64,000 nt of DNA, from contig JBHHVU010000004.1 of assembly GCA_046754465.1 (NCBI GenBank), forward strand, positions 1 to 64,000, in the 5' to 3' direction. The notes under the pieces are model-generated. The model had not been told where the DNA came from and ran no database searches. It saw only the letters and a list, made by a program, of their open reading frames with translations. Shown piece after piece: positions 18,688 to 27,709 of the stretch. Both the position numbers and the translations under genes were made by a program. Numbering within the stretch: position 1 is the stretch's first letter; each line of letters begins with the position of its first letter. The stretch comes from Nitrospinaceae bacterium (lineage in GTDB: Bacteria; Nitrospinota; Nitrospinia; Nitrospinales; VA-1).

Positions 18688-21129
18688 TTATTTCGGTTCG
18701 CCGTTGGATTTTTCACACGGGAAGGAAACCGTGAAGGTGGTTCCGCTTCCCAATTTAGATTCCACGGCAATGTGTCCTCCGTATTTTTCAACTAACCTGT
18801 GAACGATGTTGAGTCCGAGGCCAGTTCCCTTCCCCTGTTCCTTGGTGGTAAAAAAAGGATCGAAAACCTTGGCAAGATATTCTTGAGGAATTCCCGGCCC
18901 GGTATCCTGAATGATGGTCACGATATTTCCATGGTCCGGGCTGGAGGTGATCGTAATTTTTCCCTTCCCTTCCATGGCCTGAACGGCATTGAGTATGATA
19001 TTCAGGAAGATTTGCTGAATTTCCTCGGGTTTTGCCTTGAGAAGGGGAAGGGTGGAATAATGTTTTTCCATCTGGATGTCGTTGGAAACCGACGCCATCA
19101 GGGCCATTTCGATGGAGGCATCCAGCCGTTCGTTCACATTGACATCCCGATTTTCATCATTGGCGCTGGCCCGGGAATAACCCGACATGTTTAGTATGAT
19201 GGAAGCCATGTGTCTGGCCCGGGCCAGCACTTTGTTGGCGAAATTTTTTATTTTAGACGGGTCATTTTCTTCCAGAATCGCTTCCGTGAACCCCATGATG
19301 GAGTAAAGCGGGTTATTCATTTCGTGGGCGATGCCGGCGGCGAGCGTTCCCAGGCCGGACAACTTTTCCGCCATGGCCAACTGGTCCTGGAGCCCTTTTT
19401 CTTCACTGATTTCCTTCATCAGGAGTCCGATCCGCCGTTTTTCTTCCACGGTAATGGCGACATCGAAATACTGGTAAGCGAAAATTCGCGTCCCCAGGGT
19501 CACCGTCGTTTTGGTTTCCTCGGCGCTGATGGCATGTTTCGGGGCCAGGGGGTCCTGCACCTTTTGCGGCGGGGTGGATATTGAATAGGTATCCCGGTCC
19601 TTTTTATTCACCTTGCCTTGGGAATACGCCGACAATTCCCTGGCCATGAAATTCCACCGGTCCTTAAGGTCGAGATCGAGTTCCCCCAGGGTTTTTCCAA
19701 CGAGGGCGTCGTTGGATTTATTAACCAGCTTCTTAAACGCATCGTTCACGTATTCGATTTTCAGGTCTTCGTTAAAAATAATCAGGATATCGGGAACGCT
19801 CCTCAAGATGCTTTCCGTGTATTCCTGCAGGGAGCGAACCTCCTTGGTTTTTTCACGGACCTGTTCTTCGAGGCCGGAAAAGGATTTGCGCAACATTTGG
19901 TTCATGGTGTTGATTTCGTTCGCCAACGATTCGATTTCATCGCCGGTGGGAATCTTGAGGGGTTCGACATCTTCTCCGCGCCCGATGCGGGCGGTAGTTT
20001 TCTGCAACAGGCGGATGGGTTGGACGATTCGGTTCGAGGCCAGGGAACCCATGAGCGCGATCAGGAGAATGGAACAAAATCCCGCCGCGGAAATCCACAG
20101 GAACAAATTTTCCGTGGGGGCGAACAATTCATCCGACGATTGCCAGGTAAAAGTGTACCAGGACAACCCGGTCGACCCCTCCGTGATTTTATTGGTCCGC
20201 GACAGCGGTGCGAATCCAATGATCGATAGTTCATCCGTGCCGTGACCGTTGCCGTTGGACAGGACCCAGCTCCCTTCGGGGCGGGTGACGCTGCGGACCA
20301 GGTTCGGATCCTTGAGGCGAAAGCCCGTCGGCAGAATGGGGCAATCGATCACCACCCCGTGGGAATCGATCATCATGACATGTCCCGTTTCCCCGAAAAC
20401 GATGGGCTCGATGGAGGCGGAGAAAAACTCCTTGGCCAGGTAGATACGGTGAAAAACGCCAATCGTTTTTTGATCCGGGTCGTGAATGGGAAGGGCGAGA
20501 TGAAACAGAGGCCCCTTGAAATGAGGTTTGGAGGTCAATTCGCCAAGGTAGACAAAATCCTTTCCCCCCGCGATGGTTTTCGCGAAATCAGGCTCTTCCG
20601 CATTGAGAAAATCGGGAAAAGAATTGATGCTGGCGACCAGAACTCCCTTGGCGTCCGTCACATACAACGCTTGCGTGGATTGATGGGTGCGGCTGTCTCG
20701 ATTCAGGAAACCCTTGAGGACCCGGCTGATGGAGTTATCTTTAAGATGCGCCAGTTTTGGGTCCTGTTTTTGCCACAATTCCGCTTGTTCTTTAAAGTGG
20801 GACGAGGTTTCCGATGCGTCCATATCTCCGGTGGAGCGGTTATGCTCCTGAACGGTCAGGATTATGGTCGGATGAGTGGCCAGGCGCGAATTGACTCGGA
20901 TCTCCTCCTGTAAAATAAAGTCGATTTTGGTGGAAGTTTCATAAGCCAGGGCTTGAAAACTGGTTCCAATCACATTTTGCAGCGATTTATTTCCCTGAAT
21001 ATAGGAAATGACCATAGCCAGCACCAGAGGAAAAGTTCCCACTCCGATCATGGTCAGGATCAGTTTATTTTTCAATCCCTTTCGAGGAAAATTTACTGAT
21101 TCGGAAGGGGAAATTTCATTTCTGGCCAT
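18688..21129 (-). CDS. Membrane sensor histidine kinase (Cache-like periplasmic domain, HAMP, PAS, HisKA, HATPase)
   Basis: Two TM segments, HAMP (DEIESLA), H-box AHEMNNPL, NAVQA, DTGPGI and FFTTK..GTGLGL. Confidence 0.92.
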   Translation of the reverse strand: MARNEISPSESVNFPRKGLKNKLILTMIGVGTFPLVLAMVISYIQGNKSLQNVIGTSFQALAYETSTKIDFILQEEIRVNSRLATHPTIILTVQEHNRSTGDMDASETSSHFKEQAELWQKQDPKLAHLKDNSISRVLKGFLNRDSRTHQSTQALYVTDAKGVLVASINSFPDFLNAEEPDFAKTIAGGKDFVYLGELTSKPHFKGPLFHLALPIHDPDQKTIGVFHRIYLAKEFFSASIEPIVFGETGHVMMIDSHGVVIDCPILPTGFRLKDPNLVRSVTRPEGSWVLSNGNGHGTDELSIIGFAPLSRTNKITEGSTGLSWYTFTWQSSDELFAPTENLFLWISAAGFCSILLIALMGSLASNRIVQPIRLLQKTTARIGRGEDVEPLKIPTGDEIESLANEINTMNQMLRKSFSGLEEQVREKTKEVRSLQEYTESILRSVPDILIIFNEDLKIEYVNDAFKKLVNKSNDALVGKTLGELDLDLKDRWNFMARELSAYSQGKVNKKDRDTYSISTPPQKVQDPLAPKHAISAEETKTTVTLGTRIFAYQYFDVAITVEEKRRIGLLMKEISEEKGLQDQLAMAEKLSGLGTLAAGIAHEMNNPLYSIMGFTEAILEENDPSKIKNFANKVLARARHMASIILNMSGYSRASANDENRDVNVNERLDASIEMALMASVSNDIQMEKHYSTLPLLKAKPEEIQQIFLNIILNAVQAMEGKGKITITSSPDHGNIVTIIQDTGPGIPQEYLAKVFDPFFTTKEQGKGTGLGLNIVHRLVEKYGGHIAVESKLGSGTTFTVSFPCEKSNGEPK

Positions 21130-21222
21130 TTTGTTTTACAAATTTAATTGGGAGATGGATTCACCATACGATCGAATATCCGCAAAAATGGATCAACTCT
21201 GTCCTTCACCCTGATTTTAGCC

Positions 21223-21251
21223 TTGACTTGTAAAGTGAATTAAAGTAGCTT
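21223..21251 (+). promoter_or_regulatory. Candidate sigma70 promoter toward the response regulator
   Basis: TTGACT (21223-21228), 17-nt spacer, TAGCTT (21246-21251) in an AT-rich intergenic region. Confidence 0.5.
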
Positions 21252-21505
21252 TTAAGCGCTGGTTTTTGAGTCCTTAACTCAAAAGATAGATCATATCCCT
21301 GTCATTCTGCAAGCTTTTTCATACACATATAAGAGCCCCTTTTTGCCGGATCCAGTTTTCGCGGGGGAAGGATTTCTGGACCGGTTGATTTGAAATAGGT
21401 TAGCGGATTTATTGAAAGGGGCGATGGTATTTTTGACTTCGAAGGTTTCCTGTTTTTCTTTTATATGATGGGTTAAATTTTTCATATTAATCAAGGGGGG
21501 AGAGC

Positions 21506-21901
21506 ATGGTCCAAGGCAAAATTATGGTTGTGGATGATGAACAGGATGTGAGGGACGTGATCCGGTTGCATCTTGAACAAGGGGGATTCAACGTCTTGGA
21601 GGCCGAAAATGGGGAAGTGGCCATAAACCTTCTGCGGGAAGAAGACAATATGGTCAATACCGGATTGATTCTGTGTGATATCCGGATGCCCAAGGTCAAC
21701 GGCATTGAGTGCATCGATTTTTTGAAGAAGGAAGCGCCAGGAATTCCCGTTGTGGTTGTTACCGGTTACCCAGACGCCGAAATGGCCAGCTACCTCATGA
21801 AAAAAGGTGTGAAAGAGTACTTGGTGAAGCCTGTTGAAAGAGAAAAACTGCTCCAAACGGTCAACAAGATCATTTCTGCTGGCAAGGATATTGAATTATA
21901 A
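21506..21901 (+). CDS. Single-domain response regulator (REC only)
   Basis: VVDDE, LILCDIRMP, VTGY and KP motifs. GGGGGAG RBS. Confidence 0.93.
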   Translation: MVQGKIMVVDDEQDVRDVIRLHLEQGGFNVLEAENGEVAINLLREEDNMVNTGLILCDIRMPKVNGIECIDFLKKEAPGIPVVVVTGYPDAEMASYLMKKGVKEYLVKPVEREKLLQTVNKIISAGKDIEL

Positions 21902-21960
21902 AATCGGGGCAGGGGCGGTCCGTGGCCGTTCGTGCTGACTGATTTTTAAAGGTTTTACTT

Positions 21961-22001
21961 AAGGCTTTGCAACCATTAACGGTTGCAAAGCCTTTTTTTT
22001 T
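21961..22001 (+). terminator. Rho-independent terminator
   Basis: Perfect 14-bp inverted repeat AAGGCTTTGCAACC-attaac-GGTTGCAAAGCCTT running into a T tract that ends at 22001. Confidence 0.85.
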
Positions 22002-22011
22002 GGTCTAAATT
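21983..22011 (+). promoter_or_regulatory. Candidate sigma70 promoter embedded in the terminator arm, for P-II/yggS/proC
   Basis: TTGCAA (21983-21988), 17-nt spacer, TAAATT (22006-22011). Confidence 0.5.
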
Positions 22012-22035
22012 GGTCCCAAAATGGGTATAGTCGCT

Positions 22036-22374
22036 ATGAAAATGGTCCGTTGTTACATTCGCAAAGAAAAATTGCAGGCAGTGAGGGAGAAATTGTTTGA
22101 ACTGGGTGTCCCTGGCCTTTCGGTGCATGATGTTCAGGGAATCGGCAAACCCATGAGCCAATTGAAATCCGACCCCCACTCAAAAGTCCCGGAATTTCAT
22201 CCCCGGGTGGAAATCACCATCGTATTGGAAGACCTCGCCGTGAACGAGGTGGTGGCTATGCTGGTCTCGACCGTCCGGACCGGAAATTTGGGTGACGGGA
22301 AGATATTCATTCTGCCGGTGGAAGACGCCCTCCGTATTCGGACCGGAGAAAAAGGCGAGCAAGCCCTGTATTAG
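22036..22374 (+). CDS. P-II family signal transduction protein with divergent T-loop
   Basis: MKMVRCYIR start, B-loop RTGNLGDGKIF and C-terminal RIRTGE. Alternative start at 22021. Confidence 0.9.
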   Translation: MKMVRCYIRKEKLQAVREKLFELGVPGLSVHDVQGIGKPMSQLKSDPHSKVPEFHPRVEITIVLEDLAVNEVVAMLVSTVRTGNLGDGKIFILPVEDALRIRTGEKGEQALY

Positions 22375-22445
22375 CGGCTGGGTCCTCGGTCTTTTCCCGG
22401 GGCTGGATCCAGAGTGCCCCAAATCCTTGGCAGAACAATACTCCA

Positions 22446-23141
22446 TTGATTCCGGAAAATCTGGAAACCGTCAAAAACCGCATTGCCGAAGCCGCGCGAA
22501 AGGGGAACCGTGATCCGGCAAGCATCCGGCTCGTTGTGGTGACCAAAACGGTCTCCGTTGAAAAAATAATTCAGGCCCATAATGCCGGAGCGGCCCTTTT
22601 TGGTGAAAACCGGATCCAGGAGGCTCTGGAGAAAATCCACCGCCTGGGACGGGAAAAATTTCACTGGCATTTTATCGGGCATTTGCAAAGGAACAAAGTC
22701 AAATACCTGTCGGGGTTCTTCGAGTTGATCCATTCGGTGGACAGCATTTTGCTGGCCCAGGCGATCCATAAGAAAAGCCTGGAAGAGGGAAGGGTGACGC
22801 CCATCCTGATCCAGGTCAACGTTTCCGGCGAAACGTCCAAGTTCGGCCTCGCTCCCGGTCAACTGGAAGAAACCTTGAGGACGGTTTCCCGATTCGGGGG
22901 GATTCGCGTGGAGGGGTTCATGACCATACCCCCCTTCGATCCCGATCCGGAAAAATCCAGAAAATATTTTGTTCAGCTTCGGGATCTGCGTGATAGACAC
23001 GCTAATTTGGGCATCCCAGGAATTTCCCTGAAAGAATTATCCATGGGCATGTCCCATGACTTTACCGTCGCCGTGGAAGAGGGGGCGACTCTCGTCCGGG
23101 TGGGTACGGCCATCTTTGGGGAGCGGACGGCCCCGCCATGA
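22446..23141 (+). CDS. yggS: PLP homeostasis protein YggS
   Basis: VVTKT, FGENRIQE, WHFIGHLQRNK, IHSVD, LSMGMS and VRVGTAIFG. Confidence 0.95.
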   Translation: MIPENLETVKNRIAEAARKGNRDPASIRLVVVTKTVSVEKIIQAHNAGAALFGENRIQEALEKIHRLGREKFHWHFIGHLQRNKVKYLSGFFELIHSVDSILLAQAIHKKSLEEGRVTPILIQVNVSGETSKFGLAPGQLEETLRTVSRFGGIRVEGFMTIPPFDPDPEKSRKYFVQLRDLRDRHANLGIPGISLKELSMGMSHDFTVAVEEGATLVRVGTAIFGERTAPP

Positions 23142-23223
23142 ATCCATCGGCATCATGGGACGAGGCACCCGTCCCGTTACCGGGACGGGATCAAAAACGC
23201 TCTTCCATTCGGGAGATCATATT

Positions 23224-24096
23224 GTGTTGACGAGCAAGAAACTGGGTTTTCTTGGCGGGGGCAATATGGCGGAAGCCATGATCAAGGGATTGCTTTCCGC
23301 CGGATTCATTGAAGCGAAAAATATTCTGGTGTCCGACGTTGTTCCTGCCCGGCGGCAATTCATACATTCGGAATATAAGGTTCGTGTCACATCGGACAAC
23401 CGGGAGTTGGTGGAAAAAAGCGATATTTTGATTTTGGCCGTGAAACCGCAGGTCGTTCAAAAGGTCCTGGAAGACGTGCGCGACCTGTTCGATTCGAAAA
23501 AACTTCTGGTGTCCATCGCCGCCGGAGTTTCCATCCGCACGATCGATGACGTGCTGAAAGATGGCCAGAATAAAAAGTTTTGTGTGGTGCGGACCATGCC
23601 CAACACCCCGGCCCTGGTGCAGGAAGGGGTTACCGCCATCGCCCCGGGACCCCACGTTTCCAAAATGGATGTCAAAATCGCCCACCGCCTTTTCGAAGCC
23701 ATCGGAAAAACCGTCGATGTGGAAGAAGGGCACCTCGACGCCGTTACGGGTTTGAGCGGAAGTGGACCGGCCTACATCTTTCTTGTCATCGAAGCCCTTT
23801 CGGATGCCGGGGTGAAAATGGGCCTGTCCCGCGATGTGGCGAATATTTTGACGATCCAAACCGTTCTGGGTTCCGCCAAACTGGCCCGCGAAAGCGGGAA
23901 GCATCCTGGTGAACTGAAGGACATGGTGACCTCCCCCGGGGGAACCACCATCTCCGGATTGCACACTCTGGAAGAGGGTGGGCTCAGGACCACCTTGATG
24001 AACGCCGTGGAAATGGCGACCAAGAGGTCCGTGGCCCTGGGCCGGTGTGCCCAGGAAAAAAGGAAATTTTCTGAAAGAGGGGATGAAGAGGAGTAG
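23224..24096 (+). CDS. proC: Pyrroline-5-carboxylate reductase
   Basis: GFLGGGNM, LAVKPQ, RTMPNTP, SGSGPAY and VTSPGGTT. GGGAG RBS before GTG 23224. Confidence 0.95.
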   Translation: MLTSKKLGFLGGGNMAEAMIKGLLSAGFIEAKNILVSDVVPARRQFIHSEYKVRVTSDNRELVEKSDILILAVKPQVVQKVLEDVRDLFDSKKLLVSIAAGVSIRTIDDVLKDGQNKKFCVVRTMPNTPALVQEGVTAIAPGPHVSKMDVKIAHRLFEAIGKTVDVEEGHLDAVTGLSGSGPAYIFLVIEALSDAGVKMGLSRDVANILTIQTVLGSAKLARESGKHPGELKDMVTSPGGTTISGLHTLEEGGLRTTLMNAVEMATKRSVALGRCAQEKRKFSERGDEEE

Positions 24097-24126
24097 CCGG
24101 TTGAATTTCCTGAGCCGGGGTCCCGG

Positions 24127-24360
24127 TTATTTGGATCGAAATTTCTGCCACTCCCCCCAGGCAACCACTCCCAGTCCCAGCAACAGGAGCCAGGTAGGGT
24201 GCAGAACATGCTCCGGCCGGGTGAAATAGAGAACCAGCATCAGAGCCACGCCGGACATGGTTAAGGTCAGGCCGGTATAGACCGTGGACAAACCCTTCGC
24301 GAACCGTTCCGGATCTTTCAATTCTCTTTTAAATTCCGGCTTCAGCTCGACTTTCCACAT
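24127..24360 (-). CDS. Small hypothetical membrane protein (2 TM)
   Basis: 77-aa ORF with two hydrophobic segments, directly downstream of larE on the same strand. Confidence 0.65.
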   Translation of the reverse strand: MWKVELKPEFKRELKDPERFAKGLSTVYTGLTLTMSGVALMLVLYFTRPEHVLHPTWLLLLGLGVVAWGEWQKFRSK

Positions 24361-24374
24361 GGGGCGAGGGGGGG

Positions 24375-25196
24375 TTAGGGTTTAGGGAGAATCGCTTCGT
24401 TCATTCTTCCCGAGCGGAAGCCCTCGATATCGAGAGTGATATATTTGAACCCGATCTCCTTGAACTGCTCTTGAACGGACTCACAATGGCCGCCACTGAA
24501 AAAACGGGGAATATCCTTTTTCTCCAGTTCGATTCGGGCCACATCCCCGTGGTGCCGTACGCGGACTTGGCAAAATCCGAGTAAAACCAGGAAATCTTCC
24601 GCGCGCTCGATCATGGAAAGTTTTTCGGGGGAGATCGGTTCTCCATAGGGGACGCGCGAGGAAAGACAGGCCATGGCCGGTTTTTGCCATGTGGGAAGTC
24701 CCATTTCCCTGGACAGGGCTCGGACGTCCTCTTTAGTGAATCCGGCCTCGCAAAGCGGACTCAGTACCCCGAACTCCCTGGCAGCAACGATTCCGGGGCG
24801 ATGGTCCCCGAGGTCGTCCCGATTGATCCCGTTCACGATACAGGAAAGCTTCCTCTCCCGGGCGAGGGCCGAAAGCCTGGAATACAATTCGGATTTGCAG
24901 TGATAGCACCGGTTCGCCGGGTTTTCACGGTATTGAGGAAGGGCCATCTCGCGGGTCTCGATCTCCAGGTGGTCCGCGCCGATTTCCAGGGCAAGCCGCC
25001 GCGCCTCCCGAAGTTCCCGCTGGGGCAGGCTTTCTGACCGGGCCGTGACCGCCAGGGTTCGGTTTTTGTTTTTGAGGACCCCCCGCGCCACGGCGAGGAC
25101 GAGGGTACTGTCCACTCCCCCGGAAAACGCTACCAGAACGCTTCCCATTTCCCGGATCGATGCTTCCAGGGTCTCGCGTTTTTTGGTAAGTTTCAT
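24375..25196 (-). CDS. larE: LarE-family ATP-dependent sulfur transferase
   Basis: PP-loop AFSGGVDS, RCYHCK, DDLGDHRPG, ACLSSRVPYG, VRVRHH and GFRSG. Confidence 0.9.
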   Translation of the reverse strand: MKLTKKRETLEASIREMGSVLVAFSGGVDSTLVLAVARGVLKNKNRTLAVTARSESLPQRELREARRLALEIGADHLEIETREMALPQYRENPANRCYHCKSELYSRLSALARERKLSCIVNGINRDDLGDHRPGIVAAREFGVLSPLCEAGFTKEDVRALSREMGLPTWQKPAMACLSSRVPYGEPISPEKLSMIERAEDFLVLLGFCQVRVRHHGDVARIELEKKDIPRFFSGGHCESVQEQFKEIGFKYITLDIEGFRSGRMNEAILPKP

Positions 25197-25296
25197 TATT
25201 TAAAAGGTTAAGGTTCCGTCCGACTACAGGGTAACCCAAAGGGGAGGGAGATAGGTCAATCTAAACCGCCTATCGATCTGGGTCTTCCGGGACCGG

Positions 25297-26310
25297 TTAC
25301 CCGCCAATGGCATGCATGGCCCGGTGGGGCCTTTCAAAGCCATCCAGGTTGATCTTATGCCCGGGTTCCTTGATCAACACCGCCTGATACACGGTCTCCA
25401 TGATTTCATCATCCGATGCCCCGGACCGAATCAATGCTTTCAAATTGGTTTCCCTCGCCGAAAACAGGCAGGTGCGCAATTTACCGTCCGCCGTCATTCG
25501 GATGCGGTTGCAATGGTCGCAAAAGGGGTTGCTCACCGCAGTGATGATACCGACTTTTCCCTTGCCGTCAGAAAACCGGTACTCGCTGGCCGGGCCGATT
25601 TCCAGGGAATTTTCGATGGGAATCAATTCGTGTTTCTTACGGATCAGTTCCACAATCTCATGGCCGAAGAGAACCTTTTCGCGTTCCCAGGCCTGGTCGG
25701 CATCGAGGGGCATGAATTCGATGAAACGGATCTCAAATCCGTCGGACCGGCCCATTTCCACCAGTCCCATGATTTCTGATTCGGAGAAGTTCCGGATGGC
25801 GACCGCGTTGATTTTAATGGAATCGAATCCCACTCTCGCGGCTTCCTGAAGTCCGTCCAGGACTTGCTGCAAACAATCCCGGCGGTTGACGTGTTTGAAT
25901 TTATCCGGGTCGAGGGCGTCGAGGCTGACGTTCAACCGCTTCAACCCGGCTTCCCGGAGGCTTTTCGCGTGTTCTTTCAGAAAAAAGGCGTTCGTGGTCA
26001 TCGCCAGGTCGTCGATGCCTTCCACCTGGGAGAGCATCTGGACCAGCTTCGGCAGGTCCCTGCGCATGAGGGGTTCCCCACCCGTCAGGCGAAGTCGGTG
26101 GATTCCCATTTTCGCGACGAGGGAAGCCACCTGGGTGACCTCTTCAAAGGTCAATAATTTGCCGCGGTCCATGAATTCCACGTTATCCGCAGGCATACAG
26201 TAGGTGCACCGGAAATTACAGCGGTCCGTTACTGAAATGCGGAGGTTGACGATGGTCCGACCCATTCCGTCCACCAATTTTGGTCTGCTCTGATCCGATT
26301 TTACAGTCAT
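25297..26310 (-). CDS. moaA: GTP 3',8-cyclase MoaA
   Basis: LRISVTDRCNFRCTYC, TGGEP, FIEFMP, FCDHCNRIR...CL and C-terminal IGG. Confidence 0.96.
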   Translation of the reverse strand: MTVKSDQSRPKLVDGMGRTIVNLRISVTDRCNFRCTYCMPADNVEFMDRGKLLTFEEVTQVASLVAKMGIHRLRLTGGEPLMRRDLPKLVQMLSQVEGIDDLAMTTNAFFLKEHAKSLREAGLKRLNVSLDALDPDKFKHVNRRDCLQQVLDGLQEAARVGFDSIKINAVAIRNFSESEIMGLVEMGRSDGFEIRFIEFMPLDADQAWEREKVLFGHEIVELIRKKHELIPIENSLEIGPASEYRFSDGKGKVGIITAVSNPFCDHCNRIRMTADGKLRTCLFSARETNLKALIRSGASDDEIMETVYQAVLIKEPGHKINLDGFERPHRAMHAIGG

Positions 26311-26866
26311 GACTGGCTTCCTGAGTTTACTTGCTGGTCAATCCAGGCTCTTTGCCGAAAATCATGGAGAACGGCCGTGTGATCCCATTCTCCATCAACC
26401 CGTTTCCAAAACGTGTGATAAAGATTATAGCGTTTTCAACCCATTTGTGCACATGAATAGTTGTTGGGAGATATTTTTGTTCCATCCATTCCCGAAATTC
26501 CGATCCCTTTCCGATGAGTAGTCAAGATTACCAAGGGAGGGTTTTTGTTGTATTACATTGTTTTTTTAATGGATAACTCTTGTCCATCACCCGGCGCGGC
26601 TGGTTGCGGGCGCTCTGGTGGAAGTGCCTCATTCGGCGGTGGACAAGGGATGCAGGTCATTGAATAATTATTTTCCGCCAGACTCTTGAAATACCGGATG
26701 GGAAAGGAACTTTAGCCGTGCCCGTGCATCTAATGATGTGTTGAGTTGAAGGGATATAATTATTATACTGAAACTGTAAAACATCTAAATTCATCGCTCA
26801 CTAGAGCCTGAAACGAAAATAGCATGTAAATTCCCTTTGGAATTGGGAAAGGTGCAGGGGAAGCTG

Positions 26867-27613
26867 ATGTCTGTCTTGGAAGACCAATATTCGAAGAAAT
26901 TCGTGGAAGTGACCGCCCAGTTGAAAAACCGGGGCGCTTATTATCAGGAAGATGCCTCCGAAAAGGGGATGGCCCTGGTGGAAGCCAAATACAAGGATAC
27001 CAAACTCTACTGGCTGGTCGACCCCCAGGAAGACCGGATTTACAGCGCTAAGTTTTTCGCATATGGTGGAAAAGTCTCCCTCGCCATTGGAGAAATCTTG
27101 TGTTCCATGGTCAAGGGGCTGACAATAGACGAGGCATGCTCGTTGCTGGGTACGGACGTTGAGAGCCAGCTTCGGGATCGGCCGGAAGAGCCCGCGGTGC
27201 CGGAGTCCAGGATGGCGGCGTTCGGCGCGGTGGAAGAATTGCTGAAAATCATCAAGGAGCAGTATCCCGCGGCCAAGGCGCTGGCGGTGGCGAGTTCTTC
27301 CATTAAAAAGGACGGCAAGCCCAAGCACTCTGCGTCCGATTTGTCGATTGCGGAAAAGGCGTGGCTCGGGTTGAGCAAGGAAGACCAGATCGCTCAGATC
27401 AACCTGGTTCTGGATGAAAAAATCCGTGCCGCCCTGATGAATGACGGCGGCAATGTGGAGGTCCTCGACGTCGTGGACGGAGAAAAGGTGATGATCCAAT
27501 ACCAGGGCGCCTGCGGCAGTTGCGGTTCGTCTCTGGGAGCGACGCTGTCGTTCATGGAGAAGATTCTCCGCGATGAAATTTATAATGAATTGATTGTGAT
27601 TCCCAACATTTAA
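26867..27613 (+). CDS. NifU-like protein: degenerate IscU-like N-terminal domain plus C-terminal Nfu domain
   Basis: C-terminal IRAALMNDGGNVE...YQGACGSC (Nfu CxxC). N-terminal AKFFAYG...MVKGLTIDEA resembles the IscU fold. First gene of the suf cluster. Confidence 0.82.
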   Translation: MSVLEDQYSKKFVEVTAQLKNRGAYYQEDASEKGMALVEAKYKDTKLYWLVDPQEDRIYSAKFFAYGGKVSLAIGEILCSMVKGLTIDEACSLLGTDVESQLRDRPEEPAVPESRMAAFGAVEELLKIIKEQYPAAKALAVASSSIKKDGKPKHSASDLSIAEKAWLGLSKEDQIAQINLVLDEKIRAALMNDGGNVEVLDVVDGEKVMIQYQGACGSCGSSLGATLSFMEKILRDEIYNELIVIPNI

Positions 27614-27709
27614 CGGGTTGAGGGAGAAGGGAATTTAGTCCCTTGCGTTTGCTCCCGGGTTTCCGTTGCCCGTTATTTCATAATTCCTTTTTTTGGAGTG
27701 TCAACAAAC

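Noticed and set aside
23056..23223. N-terminal extension of ProC shown in the ORF track (similar extensions at 16060, 58459 and 60943)
   Set aside because: These overlap upstream genes or intergenic hairpins; downstream starts match the family N-termini and/or have better RBSs.
26508..26532. IscR/Rrf2-like site (minus-strand AATCTTGACTACTCATCGGAAAG) between moaA and suf
   Set aside because: Only one good half-site, with spacing shorter than the IscR type-1 consensus; no Rrf2 gene in the window.
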